32,000 nt of DNA from NCBI RefSeq assembly GCF_000012545.1, contig NC_007681.1:1680001-1712000 (forward strand). The letters run 5' to 3'. Shown here piece by piece: positions 1 through 9,457 of this stretch. The stretch comes from Methanosphaera stadtmanae DSM 3091. GTDB lineage: Archaea > Methanobacteriota > Methanobacteria > Methanobacteriales > Methanobacteriaceae. The position numbers were made by a program, and so were the translations under genes. The notes below the pieces were generated by a model that saw only the letters and a list, made by a program, of their open reading frames with translations, searched no databases and had not been told where the DNA came from. Position 1 is the first letter of the stretch, and each line of letters starts with the position of its first letter.

Positions 1-1258
1 CTTTTAATATTGAAAATGTTACATCTAGTTCTGGTCCAAGTGCTAGTATATTTTTTGTTGTGTTTATTTTTGTAAAGTCAAAAGGTTTTGGTACATATCC
101 TCTTGATCTTCTTATAAATGAGGGTTTGTTATTTCTGAATCGAATTACACTATCATCACACCTGTTTAGTATTTTTCTATCATGTAAGAGATAGTAGTCT
201 GCTATATCTTCTAATTTAGTTGTTATTTCTTTATTATCTATTAACATTGGATTTCCAGGCATGTTTGCTGATGTCATCACATATGCTGGTTCTAATGTGT
301 ACTTAAATAGTAAATGATGTAGTCCTGTATATGGCAACATTACCCCTTGATTATGTAGATTAGGTGATAGTTGTGGTGATAGATTGTATTCAGGGGATTT
401 ATTTAGTACTACTATTGGTTTTGCTACTGATTGTAGAACTTCTTTTTCTTGTTGTGTGTATGTAACAAATAAACTTGCTGTTTGTATATCTGGTGTCATG
501 CATGCGAATGGTTGTGTTTTTCTCCCTAATCTTTCTCTTAATTTTTCTATTGCATCATCTGTTGATGTTTTACATACAAGATGTGTTCCACCTATTCCTT
601 TTATTGCTATTATGTTTCCCTCATCTATTAGTTGACTTGTTTGTCTTATTGGATCTCTTGTAGGTATTTTTCCATCCTTATACAAATACACCTCTGGTCC
701 ACAATCTGGACAACATGTTGCTTCTGCATGATATCTTCTATCTAGTGGGTTTGTATATTCTTGATTACAATGTTTACATAGTGGGAATTTCTTCATTGTT
801 GTATTTTTTCTATCATATGGTACTTCATCTATTATTGTAAATCTTGGCCCACAGTTTGTACATGCTGTAAATGGATAATAGTAGTGTTGATTGTTTGTAT
901 CTAATATTTCATCTAGACATTCATCACATATACTCATATCTGGTGGTATTACTGCTGTTCCTGATATTTCATTACTACTATTTACTATTGTGAAGTCATT
1001 GTATTTTGGTGTTGTTTGTTCGTGTATATCTACGTGTATATTATTTATTTCAGATCTTATTGGTTTATGTTCTTGTATTTGATCTATAAAAAGTTTTATA
1101 TCATCGTATGTTCCTTGTACTACTATTTCTACTATGTTTCCCATGTTTCGTACATAACCATTTAGTTTCATTACTTTTGCTAGCCTGTATATTGTAGGTC
1201 TAAATCCTACTCCTTGAACTATTCCATCTACTAATAGATTTGCAGTGTATTGTTTCAT
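1..1258 (-). CDS. hypF: [NiFe]-hydrogenase maturation carbamoyltransferase HypF, N-terminal ~419 codons; the 3' part of the gene lies beyond the window start
   Basis: Not in the ORF track because no stop falls inside the window. Minus-strand translation from ATG 1258-1256 gives MKQYTANLLVDGIVQGVGFRPTIYRLAKVMKLNGYVRNMG (acylphosphatase-like domain). Zinc-finger pairs follow: PPDMSICDECLDEIL...YYYPFTACTNCGPRFTII and CKHCNQEY...CCPDCGP. A YrdC-like IIAIKGIGGTHLVC segment comes next. The frame stays open to position 2. Confidence 0.9.
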   Translation of the reverse strand, partial: MKQYTANLLVDGIVQGVGFRPTIYRLAKVMKLNGYVRNMGNIVEIVVQGTYDDIKLFIDQIQEHKPIRSEINNIHVDIHEQTTPKYNDFTIVNSSNEISGTAVIPPDMSICDECLDEILDTNNQHYYYPFTACTNCGPRFTIIDEVPYDRKNTTMKKFPLCKHCNQEYTNPLDRRYHAEATCCPDCGPEVYLYKDGKIPTRDPIRQTSQLIDEGNIIAIKGIGGTHLVCKTSTDDAIEKLRERLGRKTQPFACMTPDIQTASLFVTYTQQEKEVLQSVAKPIVVLNKSPEYNLSPQLSPNLHNQGVMLPYTGLHHLLFKYTLEPAYVMTSANMPGNPMLIDNKEITTKLEDIADYYLLHDRKILNRCDDSVIRFRNNKPSFIRRSRGYVPKPFDFTKINTTKNILALGPELDVTFSILK

Positions 1259-1474
1259 TTTTTCCCACATCTTTTTTTTTAATTAATATAATTTTTTTGG
1301 AGTTTTGTTTATTTAGTTTTGTATTTTTTTTTGTTGATAAGAAATAATTTTTATTAGTGAAAATATATAATTATAAATATATAAATATAATATTATTGAA
1401 AAACTTTTTTTTATAATTCATACATCTTGTGATGGAAAAAAGATTATAATTGAATAAAATGGAGAATATAATTA

Positions 1475-2695
1475 ATGTCTGATATATATGAGATAGGTGA
1501 AGCTTTAATTGGTGATGGACCTGAATTAGCACATATTGATCTTATAGTTGGTAGTAAACAAGGACCTGTTGGTACTGCTTTTGCAACTAACATGGCAAGT
1601 ATGAGTGTTGGTCATACTCCTTTATTATCTGTTATTAGACCAAACTTACCTACTAAACCTGCTACTCTTATTGTACCTAAAGTAACTGTACAAAATCTAG
1701 ATGATGCAAGTAAAATATTTGGTCCAGCTCAAACTGCTGTTGGTCGTGCTGTAGCAGATGCTGTTGAAGAAGAAATAATTCCAAAGGATATTGTGGAAGA
1801 TATTGTATTGATGGTTAATGTATTTATTGATCCTTCTGCTAAGGATTACCGTAAAATATACCAATACAATTATGGTGCTACTAAATTAGCTATTAAACGT
1901 GCATTTGATAAATATCCTTCTGTTGATAAGGTTTTAGCTGAAAAAGACAGAGGAACACATCCAATTATGGGATTCAAAGCTATGAAATTATGGAACCCAC
2001 CTTACTTACAAGTTGCATTAGATCTTGATAATGAAGATAGAATGCGTAGTATTATAAGAGATTTACCTAAACGTGAAAGAATTCTTATTGAAGCAGGTAC
2101 ACCTTTAGTTAAAAAATTTGGTGTTGAAATTATCAGTAAAATAAGAGAAGAAAGACCGGGTGCTTTCATTATTGCTGATCTTAAAACTTTAGACGTTGGT
2201 AGAGTAGAAGTTAAAATGGCTGCTGATGAAACAGCTGATGCTGTTGCTATTTCTGGTCTTGGAACCAATGAATCCATTGAGAAAGCTATCCATGAATGTT
2301 CTAAACAAGGAATTTACTCTATTCTTGATATGATGAATGTAAGTGATATTCCTTCCAAACTTGAAGAACTTAAATTAAAACCTAATATAGTTTTATTACA
2401 CAGAAATATTGATTCTGAGACTATGAGAGATAATGATGGTGAACAACAATCTGAATGGGGTAACATCAAAGATATTAAATCTAAACTTGGTAAACGAGGT
2501 TTAATTGCTGTTGCTGGTGGAGTAACTCCTGAAAAAGTTGATACTGCCTTAGCTAATGGTGCTAATATTATTATTGCTGGAAGATATATTATTGGTTCAT
2601 CTGATGTTAGAAGAGCTGCTGAAGATTTCCTCAGATACTTACCTCAAGATTCTGATACAATGAGATTAGCTCTCGATGAGGATGAAAAAATTTAG
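1475..2695 (+). CDS. fae-hps: Bifunctional formaldehyde-activating enzyme / 3-hexulose-6-phosphate synthase (Fae-Hps)
   Basis: 406 aa. The N-terminal ~160 aa are Fae-like ([20 protein letters not shown]). The C-terminal half is an OMPDC/Hps-type barrel (LQVALDL..., [17 protein letters not shown]). GGAG lies ~10 nt upstream of the ATG. Confidence 0.88.
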   Translation: MSDIYEIGEALIGDGPELAHIDLIVGSKQGPVGTAFATNMASMSVGHTPLLSVIRPNLPTKPATLIVPKVTVQNLDDASKIFGPAQTAVGRAVADAVEEEIIPKDIVEDIVLMVNVFIDPSAKDYRKIYQYNYGATKLAIKRAFDKYPSVDKVLAEKDRGTHPIMGFKAMKLWNPPYLQVALDLDNEDRMRSIIRDLPKRERILIEAGTPLVKKFGVEIISKIREERPGAFIIADLKTLDVGRVEVKMAADETADAVAISGLGTNESIEKAIHECSKQGIYSILDMMNVSDIPSKLEELKLKPNIVLLHRNIDSETMRDNDGEQQSEWGNIKDIKSKLGKRGLIAVAGGVTPEKVDTALANGANIIIAGRYIIGSSDVRRAAEDFLRYLPQDSDTMRLALDEDEKI

Positions 2696-2813
2696 ATTTT
2701 CTTTTTTTTTCTTCTTTTTATTTTTTGTAATTGTTTTTGTATAGTTGAATTTATTTTTTAGTATATGTTATAAGTTATTTGTAATAAGTTATAAGTTATA
2801 TATTTAAAAAAAA

Positions 2814-3434
2814 TTAGATTTTATTCATACTTTCCACATCTTCTTGTGGATAACGATACTGTTGTTTGATTACATCATCCTCAAATCGAATTCCCTCATT
2901 CTCTAGTATGAATCTTTTAAAATAACCATCTTTTCTTCCATTATATCCACCTAATGTCCAATCAGATTTTACTGTTCTATGACATGGAATTATCAATGGA
3001 AATGGATTGGATGCAAGGGTATTTGCTACTGGTCTTGCACTTTTAGGTCGTCCTATTAATTGTGCTAATTTCTTATATGTAGTTACCATTCCATATGGTA
3101 TTTCATTTTGTTTTAATAGTACTTCTCTTTGAAATTGTGTAAGATCATTTAAATCTAATTGATTTAATTCAAATTTAATATCATGTCCCATAATAATTTC
3201 TTTAATATTTGACATGATTTTTAATATGTATTTACTTGGATGTACTTCATGTAAAACTCCATGATATTGTATGTCCCCATAATTGTGTTTTCGACTCTTT
3301 GAATCTGGAAGTACCACTTGTTTTATTATTTCATTTTTATCCCATACAATAGCTATTTCCCCAATTAAAGAATTGAAAACCATATATTTAAGTGAGCCTA
3401 AATTTAACACCTCCTGTCTATGAAAAACATTCAT
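2814..3434 (-). CDS. ogt: Methylated-DNA--protein-cysteine methyltransferase (Ogt/MGMT)
   Basis: Active-site motif IIPCHRTV, with a helix-turn-helix region YKKLAQLIGRPKSARPVANTLASNP upstream of it. An alternative start at ATG 3383 (MVFNSLIGEIAIV...) gives a more typical Ogt N-terminus. Confidence 0.85.
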   Translation of the reverse strand: MNVFHRQEVLNLGSLKYMVFNSLIGEIAIVWDKNEIIKQVVLPDSKSRKHNYGDIQYHGVLHEVHPSKYILKIMSNIKEIIMGHDIKFELNQLDLNDLTQFQREVLLKQNEIPYGMVTTYKKLAQLIGRPKSARPVANTLASNPFPLIIPCHRTVKSDWTLGGYNGRKDGYFKRFILENEGIRFEDDVIKQQYRYPQEDVESMNKI

Positions 3435-3524
3435 TACAATTAATTACTAATTATTTAAGACATGATATAAATATATATATGAATTAAAAATAAAATCTAT
3501 AAAAAAAGTAAGGAGGAATAAAAT

Positions 3525-3773
3525 ATGTTAATTGAATTAATAACATTACTCATACTCATACTAATAGCAATTATTGGACTTAAACTCCTAATAGAAAATG
3601 GTGACACTATTTTAAAAATAATAACACACCTTGCTATGGGATGGATTACGCTAGTTATTGTTAATATAATACCAGGTATTCACATACCAATTAACCTTAT
3701 AACCATACTAATTTCAGGTTTTGGAGGAATTTTAGGAACTATACTTCTTGTATTATTATCAATTATATTCTAA
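3525..3773 (+). CDS. BofA-family small membrane protein (pro-sigmaK processing inhibitor family)
   Basis: 82 aa with 2-3 TM segments. The segment GIHIPINLITILISGFGGILG closely resembles the conserved BofA core (GIHVPINLVTTAISGILGIPG in Bacillus, from memory). AGGAGG lies upstream of the ATG. Confidence 0.7.
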   Translation: MLIELITLLILILIAIIGLKLLIENGDTILKIITHLAMGWITLVIVNIIPGIHIPINLITILISGFGGILGTILLVLLSIIF

Positions 3774-5233
3774 ATAATCTTTAATAAATCACTAGATGTA
3801 TAATTAAATCCATACTCTTCAACTAATTTATCACCAGCATTACCTAATATGAATGCTGAAATATATGCAGATTCATAAAGAGTATTTCTTGTTGAAATAC
3901 CTACACATAAACCTGCAAGTAAATCTCCAGTACCACCAACAGTCATACCTTGATTACCAGTACTATTTAATTTATAATCATCAGGTGATACTACAATATC
4001 AACAACACCCTTCAATAAAATAACAGTATTATATTCCTTTGATAATTTTTCTAAAAGTTTAATTTTATCATCTCTTTTATCAGGAAGATCACATCCGAAA
4101 AATTCCTTAAATTCACGTGTATGTGGTGTTACTAAAGTATTTGAATCGATTATATTCTGTTTATCAACTAATTTTAAAGCATCAGCATCAATTACTATTT
4201 TTTTATCAGTAGAAGTTACTATCTTATTAAATAATTCACCAGTTTGACTTGAAAGACCTGCGCCAGAACCAATTAATATTGAATCTACCCTATCTATTAA
4301 TTCAGATATAATAGGATAACCATCCATATTTAATACATCCCCCTCAATACTTTTAACAATGTACTCTGGATTATATTGTTTTATTATTTTTGCAGAGGAT
4401 TCAGGAGCTACAATAAATACTAAATCCACACCGCGTGAAATAGCAGCTTCTGCTGCAAATATAACTGCTCCAATATAATCAGGATTTGATCCAATAATTA
4501 AAACAGAACCATTTTCACCCTTATGTGAAGATGTACTTGGAGTTTTTAATTTAAGTAAATCACCTACTCCTGTATATTCCTCTGATACTAAAGGAATTCC
4601 AATATCCAATACTTCAATATTTCCAACATATTTATTATCTGCAAGTTTTAATCCAGTTTTTGGTTTATGAAGTGTTAATGTTGTATGTGCAACAACTGAT
4701 TTATCATAAACTACACCATCTTCTGGATTTAAACCTGATGGAACATCCACTGATATTACTATTGCTGGTGAATAATTAATATTATCAATAGCAGATGATA
4801 TAGGTTCTCTTAATCTCCCATTAACACCTGTTCCCAATATTGCATCTATAATTATATCAGAATTATCTGGATTTAATTGACTAGAATCTGTAATTTTGGA
4901 TAATTTAAGATTTTTATCAGTTTTAGATATTAAGTTAATTGATTTCCAATTAGTTTTTGAATCCTTATTTTTAATATTCTCAGGTTTAGATAATAGAAAT
5001 AAATGTATTTTATAACCCTGATTTAATAAATGTCGTGCAATAACAAATCCATCCCCACCATTTCCACCAGTACCACAATATATGGAAATTTTCTTTTTAT
5101 CTGGAAAATTATTCATTATATATCCTGCTATACTTGAACCAGCATTTTCCATCAATACTATTGTTGGTATATGATTATATTCTGTATTTCTATCCACTGC
5201 TTTCATTTCAATAGGTGTTAATACCCCTTTCAT
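3770..5233 (-). CDS. nnr: Bifunctional NAD(P)H-hydrate repair enzyme Nnr (epimerase + ADP-dependent dehydratase)
   Basis: 487 aa. YjeF-N motif CGTGGNGGDGFV, and a C-terminal carbohydrate-kinase motif GGTGDLLAG. Confidence 0.88.
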   Translation of the reverse strand: MKGVLTPIEMKAVDRNTEYNHIPTIVLMENAGSSIAGYIMNNFPDKKKISIYCGTGGNGGDGFVIARHLLNQGYKIHLFLLSKPENIKNKDSKTNWKSINLISKTDKNLKLSKITDSSQLNPDNSDIIIDAILGTGVNGRLREPISSAIDNINYSPAIVISVDVPSGLNPEDGVVYDKSVVAHTTLTLHKPKTGLKLADNKYVGNIEVLDIGIPLVSEEYTGVGDLLKLKTPSTSSHKGENGSVLIIGSNPDYIGAVIFAAEAAISRGVDLVFIVAPESSAKIIKQYNPEYIVKSIEGDVLNMDGYPIISELIDRVDSILIGSGAGLSSQTGELFNKIVTSTDKKIVIDADALKLVDKQNIIDSNTLVTPHTREFKEFFGCDLPDKRDDKIKLLEKLSKEYNTVILLKGVVDIVVSPDDYKLNSTGNQGMTVGGTGDLLAGLCVGISTRNTLYESAYISAFILGNAGDKLVEEYGFNYTSSDLLKII

Positions 5234-5249
5234 ATTATCAAAAACTCCC

Positions 5250-6131
5250 TTATTCTATGAGATTTATCTTATATTTTCCAAGATTTCCACCATAATTACC
5301 GGCAGATATTTTAATTACCCCCGGTATTGTTTTTATGGCTTTAATTGCTACTTGTGTAGCTTTAGATATGGATTCTTCGGTTAATCCATCAAATACTATT
5401 TCATAAACACCTTCTGCATCTTCTGGTAATTTAGAATCAGATATTCTATCCTTTAATGTTGGACAATACCCTTCATTTGTAGTTGCATTCATAAATTTAT
5501 ACTTTTTAGATCCAACCTTAGAACCAGATGCAACTATTCCTCCAGGAAATGGACATATAACTCCAGAAATTTCTTTTATTGCATTAACTGCTGCTTCTGC
5601 AGCTACTAACGCACTTTGTTGTGTTTTTGCCATGATAAATAAATTACCACCAGCCACTGCATTTGTTATTCCAAAATCTTCTTCTATTAGAAAATCTCCA
5701 GACATTATTGGAATTTTATACAATGTTTTTCCATATTTCTCTACTTTTTCCTGATATCCATCAGCAAAAAATGCTAATTTAAATCCAAGATTTGTATTAT
5801 TATCACAATCAGGTAATAAATTAAATACAGAGGTTGTTGCAGTAGTTAATACACACTGTCCAATACGTTCTAATAGTTGTTGTTCAACCTGTTTTATCTT
5901 ATTTTGACAAATTATAATGGAATAACCTGGCCTATTATCTGGTGTTTTATCAGGTGATATGTACTTATCAATTCCAGCCTCTGCTGGACATCCTATAAAT
6001 GATGTTGCAAATCCTGTTGCTTCTGTTGCAGCAGTGAATGCTAGATTCTTTGTTGCAGCAGTAATTAACAAATGAGCTGCTTTTGTATTAAATGCTTCTG
6101 CATATGTATCTTCTATTATTGGTAATTTCAT
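5250..6131 (-). CDS. ftr: Formylmethanofuran--tetrahydromethanopterin N-formyltransferase
   Basis: 293 aa, colinear with Ftr as I recall it: IEDTYAEAF, CPAEAGID, RIGQCV, FPGGIVASGSKVGSKKY, ISAGNYGGNLGKY. Confidence 0.9.
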   Translation of the reverse strand: MKLPIIEDTYAEAFNTKAAHLLITAATKNLAFTAATEATGFATSFIGCPAEAGIDKYISPDKTPDNRPGYSIIICQNKIKQVEQQLLERIGQCVLTTATTSVFNLLPDCDNNTNLGFKLAFFADGYQEKVEKYGKTLYKIPIMSGDFLIEEDFGITNAVAGGNLFIMAKTQQSALVAAEAAVNAIKEISGVICPFPGGIVASGSKVGSKKYKFMNATTNEGYCPTLKDRISDSKLPEDAEGVYEIVFDGLTEESISKATQVAIKAIKTIPGVIKISAGNYGGNLGKYKINLIE

Positions 6132-6193
6132 AATTAAATACTCCTAAATTTTTCTAAAAAAAAAGATAAAAAATAAAATATTTTTTTTGTTTT

Positions 6194-7210
6194 CTAATTA
6201 ATATCTACTTCATCTAACACTCCCGTACCAAAATATGGAAGGGTTAATAAACCTAACACTGAAACCATCCAGAATGATATTAGTCTTTCAACAAGAGTTA
6301 CTGCTGTACTAATAAATGGTGGTATTCCTGATAAAGAATATACTAGAATCATTACTCCATCAATAGCACCTAATCCCCCAGGTAATGTAGGAATCATACC
6401 CACAAGTGTAGATAATAAAAATACTGCTGCTACCATACCTATTGATACTTGAACTCCAAATGCCATAAATACAATATACATTCTCATAATTTCTAAAAAC
6501 CATGCAATGAAAGATATAAAAATTGCAGATACAAATATCTGCTTATTCTTCAATAGATATAAAAGACTTGTTTGAAATCCTTTAAGTGAATTTAATATCT
6601 TTATTTCATAAGGTTCAATATTACGTTTTATAACTTTATTTAACTGTCTAAATACCCAACGAATAACTCTAACACCAAAGGTTTCATTAATACAAATATA
6701 TACTATGAATATGAGTAATGCAACAAATAATATAATTGCAAAAATCAATGTAGCAAGCATAACTATACTTAAATGTACTGTAAATATTAGGTAAATCATT
6801 GCAATAATAGCAAGTATAGTAAAAGGGAATATATCAAATAATTTATCACCCATTACTGTTGCAAATGTTGTTTTAAACGAAGAATTTGTATTTTTACTTA
6901 ATAAATATGCTCTAACCGGTTCTCCACCTCCACGACCACTTGGTGTCAAGTTATTTACTGCTAAACCTACAAGTAACATTGCAAATAATGTTATTTTTTT
7001 ATGAGCTATATTTAATCCACCTAAGATAACACTCCATCTTAGATTCCATAAAATCATTGTAATTACTTGTAAAATAATCGCTAGAAGTACATAATTCATA
7101 TTTGCCTGTTTAAGAGCACTGATAATCTCCCCAGGACCTATGAATATAATCATTGCTGCCAGTACAACTAATCCAATTAACAGTAAACCAAATACTTTTT
7201 TATAATTCAT
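6194..7210 (-). CDS. Polytopic membrane protein, UPF0104 / lysyl-PG-synthase-TM-like (flippase-like) family
   Basis: 338 aa with ~8 predicted TM helices. Loop motif NLTPSGRGGGEPVRAYLL is typical of the TIGR00374-type family. Confidence 0.55.
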   Translation of the reverse strand: MNYKKVFGLLLIGLVVLAAMIIFIGPGEIISALKQANMNYVLLAIILQVITMILWNLRWSVILGGLNIAHKKITLFAMLLVGLAVNNLTPSGRGGGEPVRAYLLSKNTNSSFKTTFATVMGDKLFDIFPFTILAIIAMIYLIFTVHLSIVMLATLIFAIILFVALLIFIVYICINETFGVRVIRWVFRQLNKVIKRNIEPYEIKILNSLKGFQTSLLYLLKNKQIFVSAIFISFIAWFLEIMRMYIVFMAFGVQVSIGMVAAVFLLSTLVGMIPTLPGGLGAIDGVMILVYSLSGIPPFISTAVTLVERLISFWMVSVLGLLTLPYFGTGVLDEVDIN

Positions 7211-7385
7211 GTTATCTCCTATAAATTTTTTAAATCTAATAACAAATCCTAAGACTTATTAATTCTATTTAAAAAAAATTAATATTATTATATAATATAT
7301 GTCTTATTAATATAATAAAATTATAATTATTTAAGTAAATTCAAATATAATGTATAATTATATTCATAACAAAGAGATGTGATAA

Positions 7386-8066
7386 ATGGAAGAAATAATC
7401 ATAGTTGGTGGAGGAAGAGTTGGTATTCGCTTAATTGATCTTTTAAATAAACGTGAAGATTATCATATAACTCTTATTGATGATAATAAAAAAGCATTAT
7501 CCTTAATTAAAGAAAAATATGAAACAGTGGATATTGTTCGGGGTAATGCTACAAATAAAACTGTGCTTGAAAATGCAGGTATTGAAAATGCTGATATCAT
7601 TGTGGCTGCAACTAGTATTGATGAAGTAAATCTACTTATTGGTATTTTATCTCAAGGATATCATCTGAAAAAAATAATTGCTAGAACTGCCAATCCATCA
7701 CATATAAAGATGTTTAAAAAATTAGGACTAAATGAAGTAGTAAGTCCTGAACTTACAACTTGTATGGATATTCAAAAGTTAATTATCAATTCTCTTTCTG
7801 TTAAAATGTTAACAACAGGTTCTGATGATATGGAACTAGTAGAAATCACAGTCAAGTCCAGCAAAGTTGTTGGTAAAGAAATAGGTCAAATTAGTCCATC
7901 AAAAGATTTCATCATAGTCTTATGTAACAAAAACAATGAAGATATTATAGCCCAAAATAATATTGTTTTATCAAAAGATGATAAGATAACAGTTCTTGTT
8001 AAATCAAATAAAATTAAAAAAGTTAAAAAATATTTCACAAAAAGTGGTCTTCTTAGCTCAATATAA
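7386..8066 (+). CDS. trkA: TrkA-type K+ transport NAD-binding protein (TrkA-N + TrkA-C domains)
   Basis: 226 aa. Rossmann motif IIVGGGRVG at the N-terminus and a TrkA-C-like C-terminal half. Confidence 0.8.
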   Translation: MEEIIIVGGGRVGIRLIDLLNKREDYHITLIDDNKKALSLIKEKYETVDIVRGNATNKTVLENAGIENADIIVAATSIDEVNLLIGILSQGYHLKKIIARTANPSHIKMFKKLGLNEVVSPELTTCMDIQKLIINSLSVKMLTTGSDDMELVEITVKSSKVVGKEIGQISPSKDFIIVLCNKNNEDIIAQNNIVLSKDDKITVLVKSNKIKKVKKYFTKSGLLSSI

Positions 8067-8093
8067 AAAAATAATAAAAGGAATTTATTGTGT

Positions 8094-8726
8094 TTATAAA
8101 CGTGAAGCTAACATGACAGCTAATGATATTTGTTCAGTTACAGCTGATATTGCATATGGTCCATGACCAGGGAATAATTGAACAACATCTAAATCTGCAA
8201 GATGTAAAATGGATTTTCTCATATCATCCATACTTCCTGTTGGAAGATCTGTTCTTCCAAAGTTACCTCCAGAAAAGAGTGTATCTCCACTTATTAAACT
8301 TTTTCCATTACATAAACAAATACCACCACGTGTATGACCTGGTGTGTGTAATACTTCATATCCATTAACCATGTCATGCTCATTTAATGGTTTAATATCT
8401 AAATCAGGAACTTTCATTCCAAATGATGATGCTACTGTTGCATTTTCATCCTTATTTTTAACAGTTTCCAAATCTAATGGATGCATATATATATCATAAC
8501 CATATTTATCTTGTAAATATTTATCTGCACCCATATGATCAAAGTGACAGTGTGTATTTACAATTTTTGTAATATCATTCATTGATATTCCAGATTCTTC
8601 TATTGAATCTATTAAATATTTGTTATTTAGTCCTGTTCCAGGATCAATTAGCATATCCCCAATAACATATGTATTTGAATCTCTTTCTTTTCCTAAAATT
8701 ATTGTAATATCATCTACTTTTTCCAT
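8094..8726 (-). CDS. MBL-fold metallo-hydrolase
   Basis: HxHxDH motif (NTHCHFDHMG) plus downstream His/Asp ligands (HTPGHT, GD, PGHG). The ORF opens with GTG at 8738. ATG 8726 is preferred because GGTGG sits ~9 nt upstream of it. Confidence 0.8.
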   Translation of the reverse strand: MEKVDDITIILGKERDSNTYVIGDMLIDPGTGLNNKYLIDSIEESGISMNDITKIVNTHCHFDHMGADKYLQDKYGYDIYMHPLDLETVKNKDENATVASSFGMKVPDLDIKPLNEHDMVNGYEVLHTPGHTRGGICLCNGKSLISGDTLFSGGNFGRTDLPTGSMDDMRKSILHLADLDVVQLFPGHGPYAISAVTEQISLAVMLASRL

Positions 8727-8738
8727 ATTATATCCCAC

Positions 8739-9350
8739 CTATTTTAATTCATATTTCATACCATAACAACCATATGTTGTTCCTAATATTTTATGATAAT
8801 GATTTTCAGCACGCATAAAACCAAGTTTACCATAAAAATTTAGTAATCCTGGTTTTTTAAATTCAACATCCAATAATATTGCATCACATTTTAATATATA
8901 CGCATTTTTTATACATCTTTTAACTAATTTACTTCCAACACCTTTTTTTCTATGTTCTGGATTAGTATATAAGTTTCCAATATAGTATTCATTACTTTTA
9001 ATATGTGATGCAAATAACATACCTACTATTGAATTTTGTATAATTAAAGGTAAACTAGTACATGAAGTATCATATAAAGCTTTATATGTATTTCTAATAG
9101 ATAAATCAGAACCCTTAAATGATACAGCAATTCCTTCAATATCCCTTGGATTCTCATCATACAATATTGTGATAAAATTTCTATGATAAGGATTTATATA
9201 ATCACTCATTATTAATCTCTCAATAGCAGTGATTGCACGTACTTTATCATTATAAAAGAGTAGATTAAATGTAAATTCATCAGTATTATATATCCATGTT
9301 GCAATCTCACCAACATCATCATAATCATTTAAATTTCTAAAATTAGTCAT
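8739..9350 (-). CDS. GNAT-family N-acetyltransferase
   Basis: 203 aa. Acetyl-CoA motif A RKKGVGSKLVKRCI. Its stop abuts the downstream MBL gene. Confidence 0.75.
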   Translation of the reverse strand: MTNFRNLNDYDDVGEIATWIYNTDEFTFNLLFYNDKVRAITAIERLIMSDYINPYHRNFITILYDENPRDIEGIAVSFKGSDLSIRNTYKALYDTSCTSLPLIIQNSIVGMLFASHIKSNEYYIGNLYTNPEHRKKGVGSKLVKRCIKNAYILKCDAILLDVEFKKPGLLNFYGKLGFMRAENHYHKILGTTYGCYGMKYELK

Positions 9351-9457
9351 AATATCATTTTCTTTAAAGCTTATATTTTTATTATAGTATTTATTAATAC
9401 TTCTCTTTTATTTGATATAAACTTTTTAATATTCTATTTTATAAATAATTAAGTATT

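Noticed and set aside
384-1082. Three ORF-track ORFs (384-635, 475-663, 891-1082) on the plus strand
   Set aside because: They lie entirely antisense to the well-supported hypF reading frame. They are low-complexity (L/F/I/S/C-rich), have no RBS and show no motifs. They are shadow ORFs.
2002-2277. 91-aa minus-strand ORF inside fae-hps
   Set aside because: Antisense shadow of a strongly supported CDS, with no motif.
2770-2799. ATAAGTTAT repeated three times (2770, 2784, 2791) between the convergent fae-hps and ogt ends, with a further copy near 23699
   Set aside because: It is a short, nearly palindromic AT-rich 9-mer in a terminator region. It is easily explained by low-complexity slippage, and nothing ties the copies to a function.
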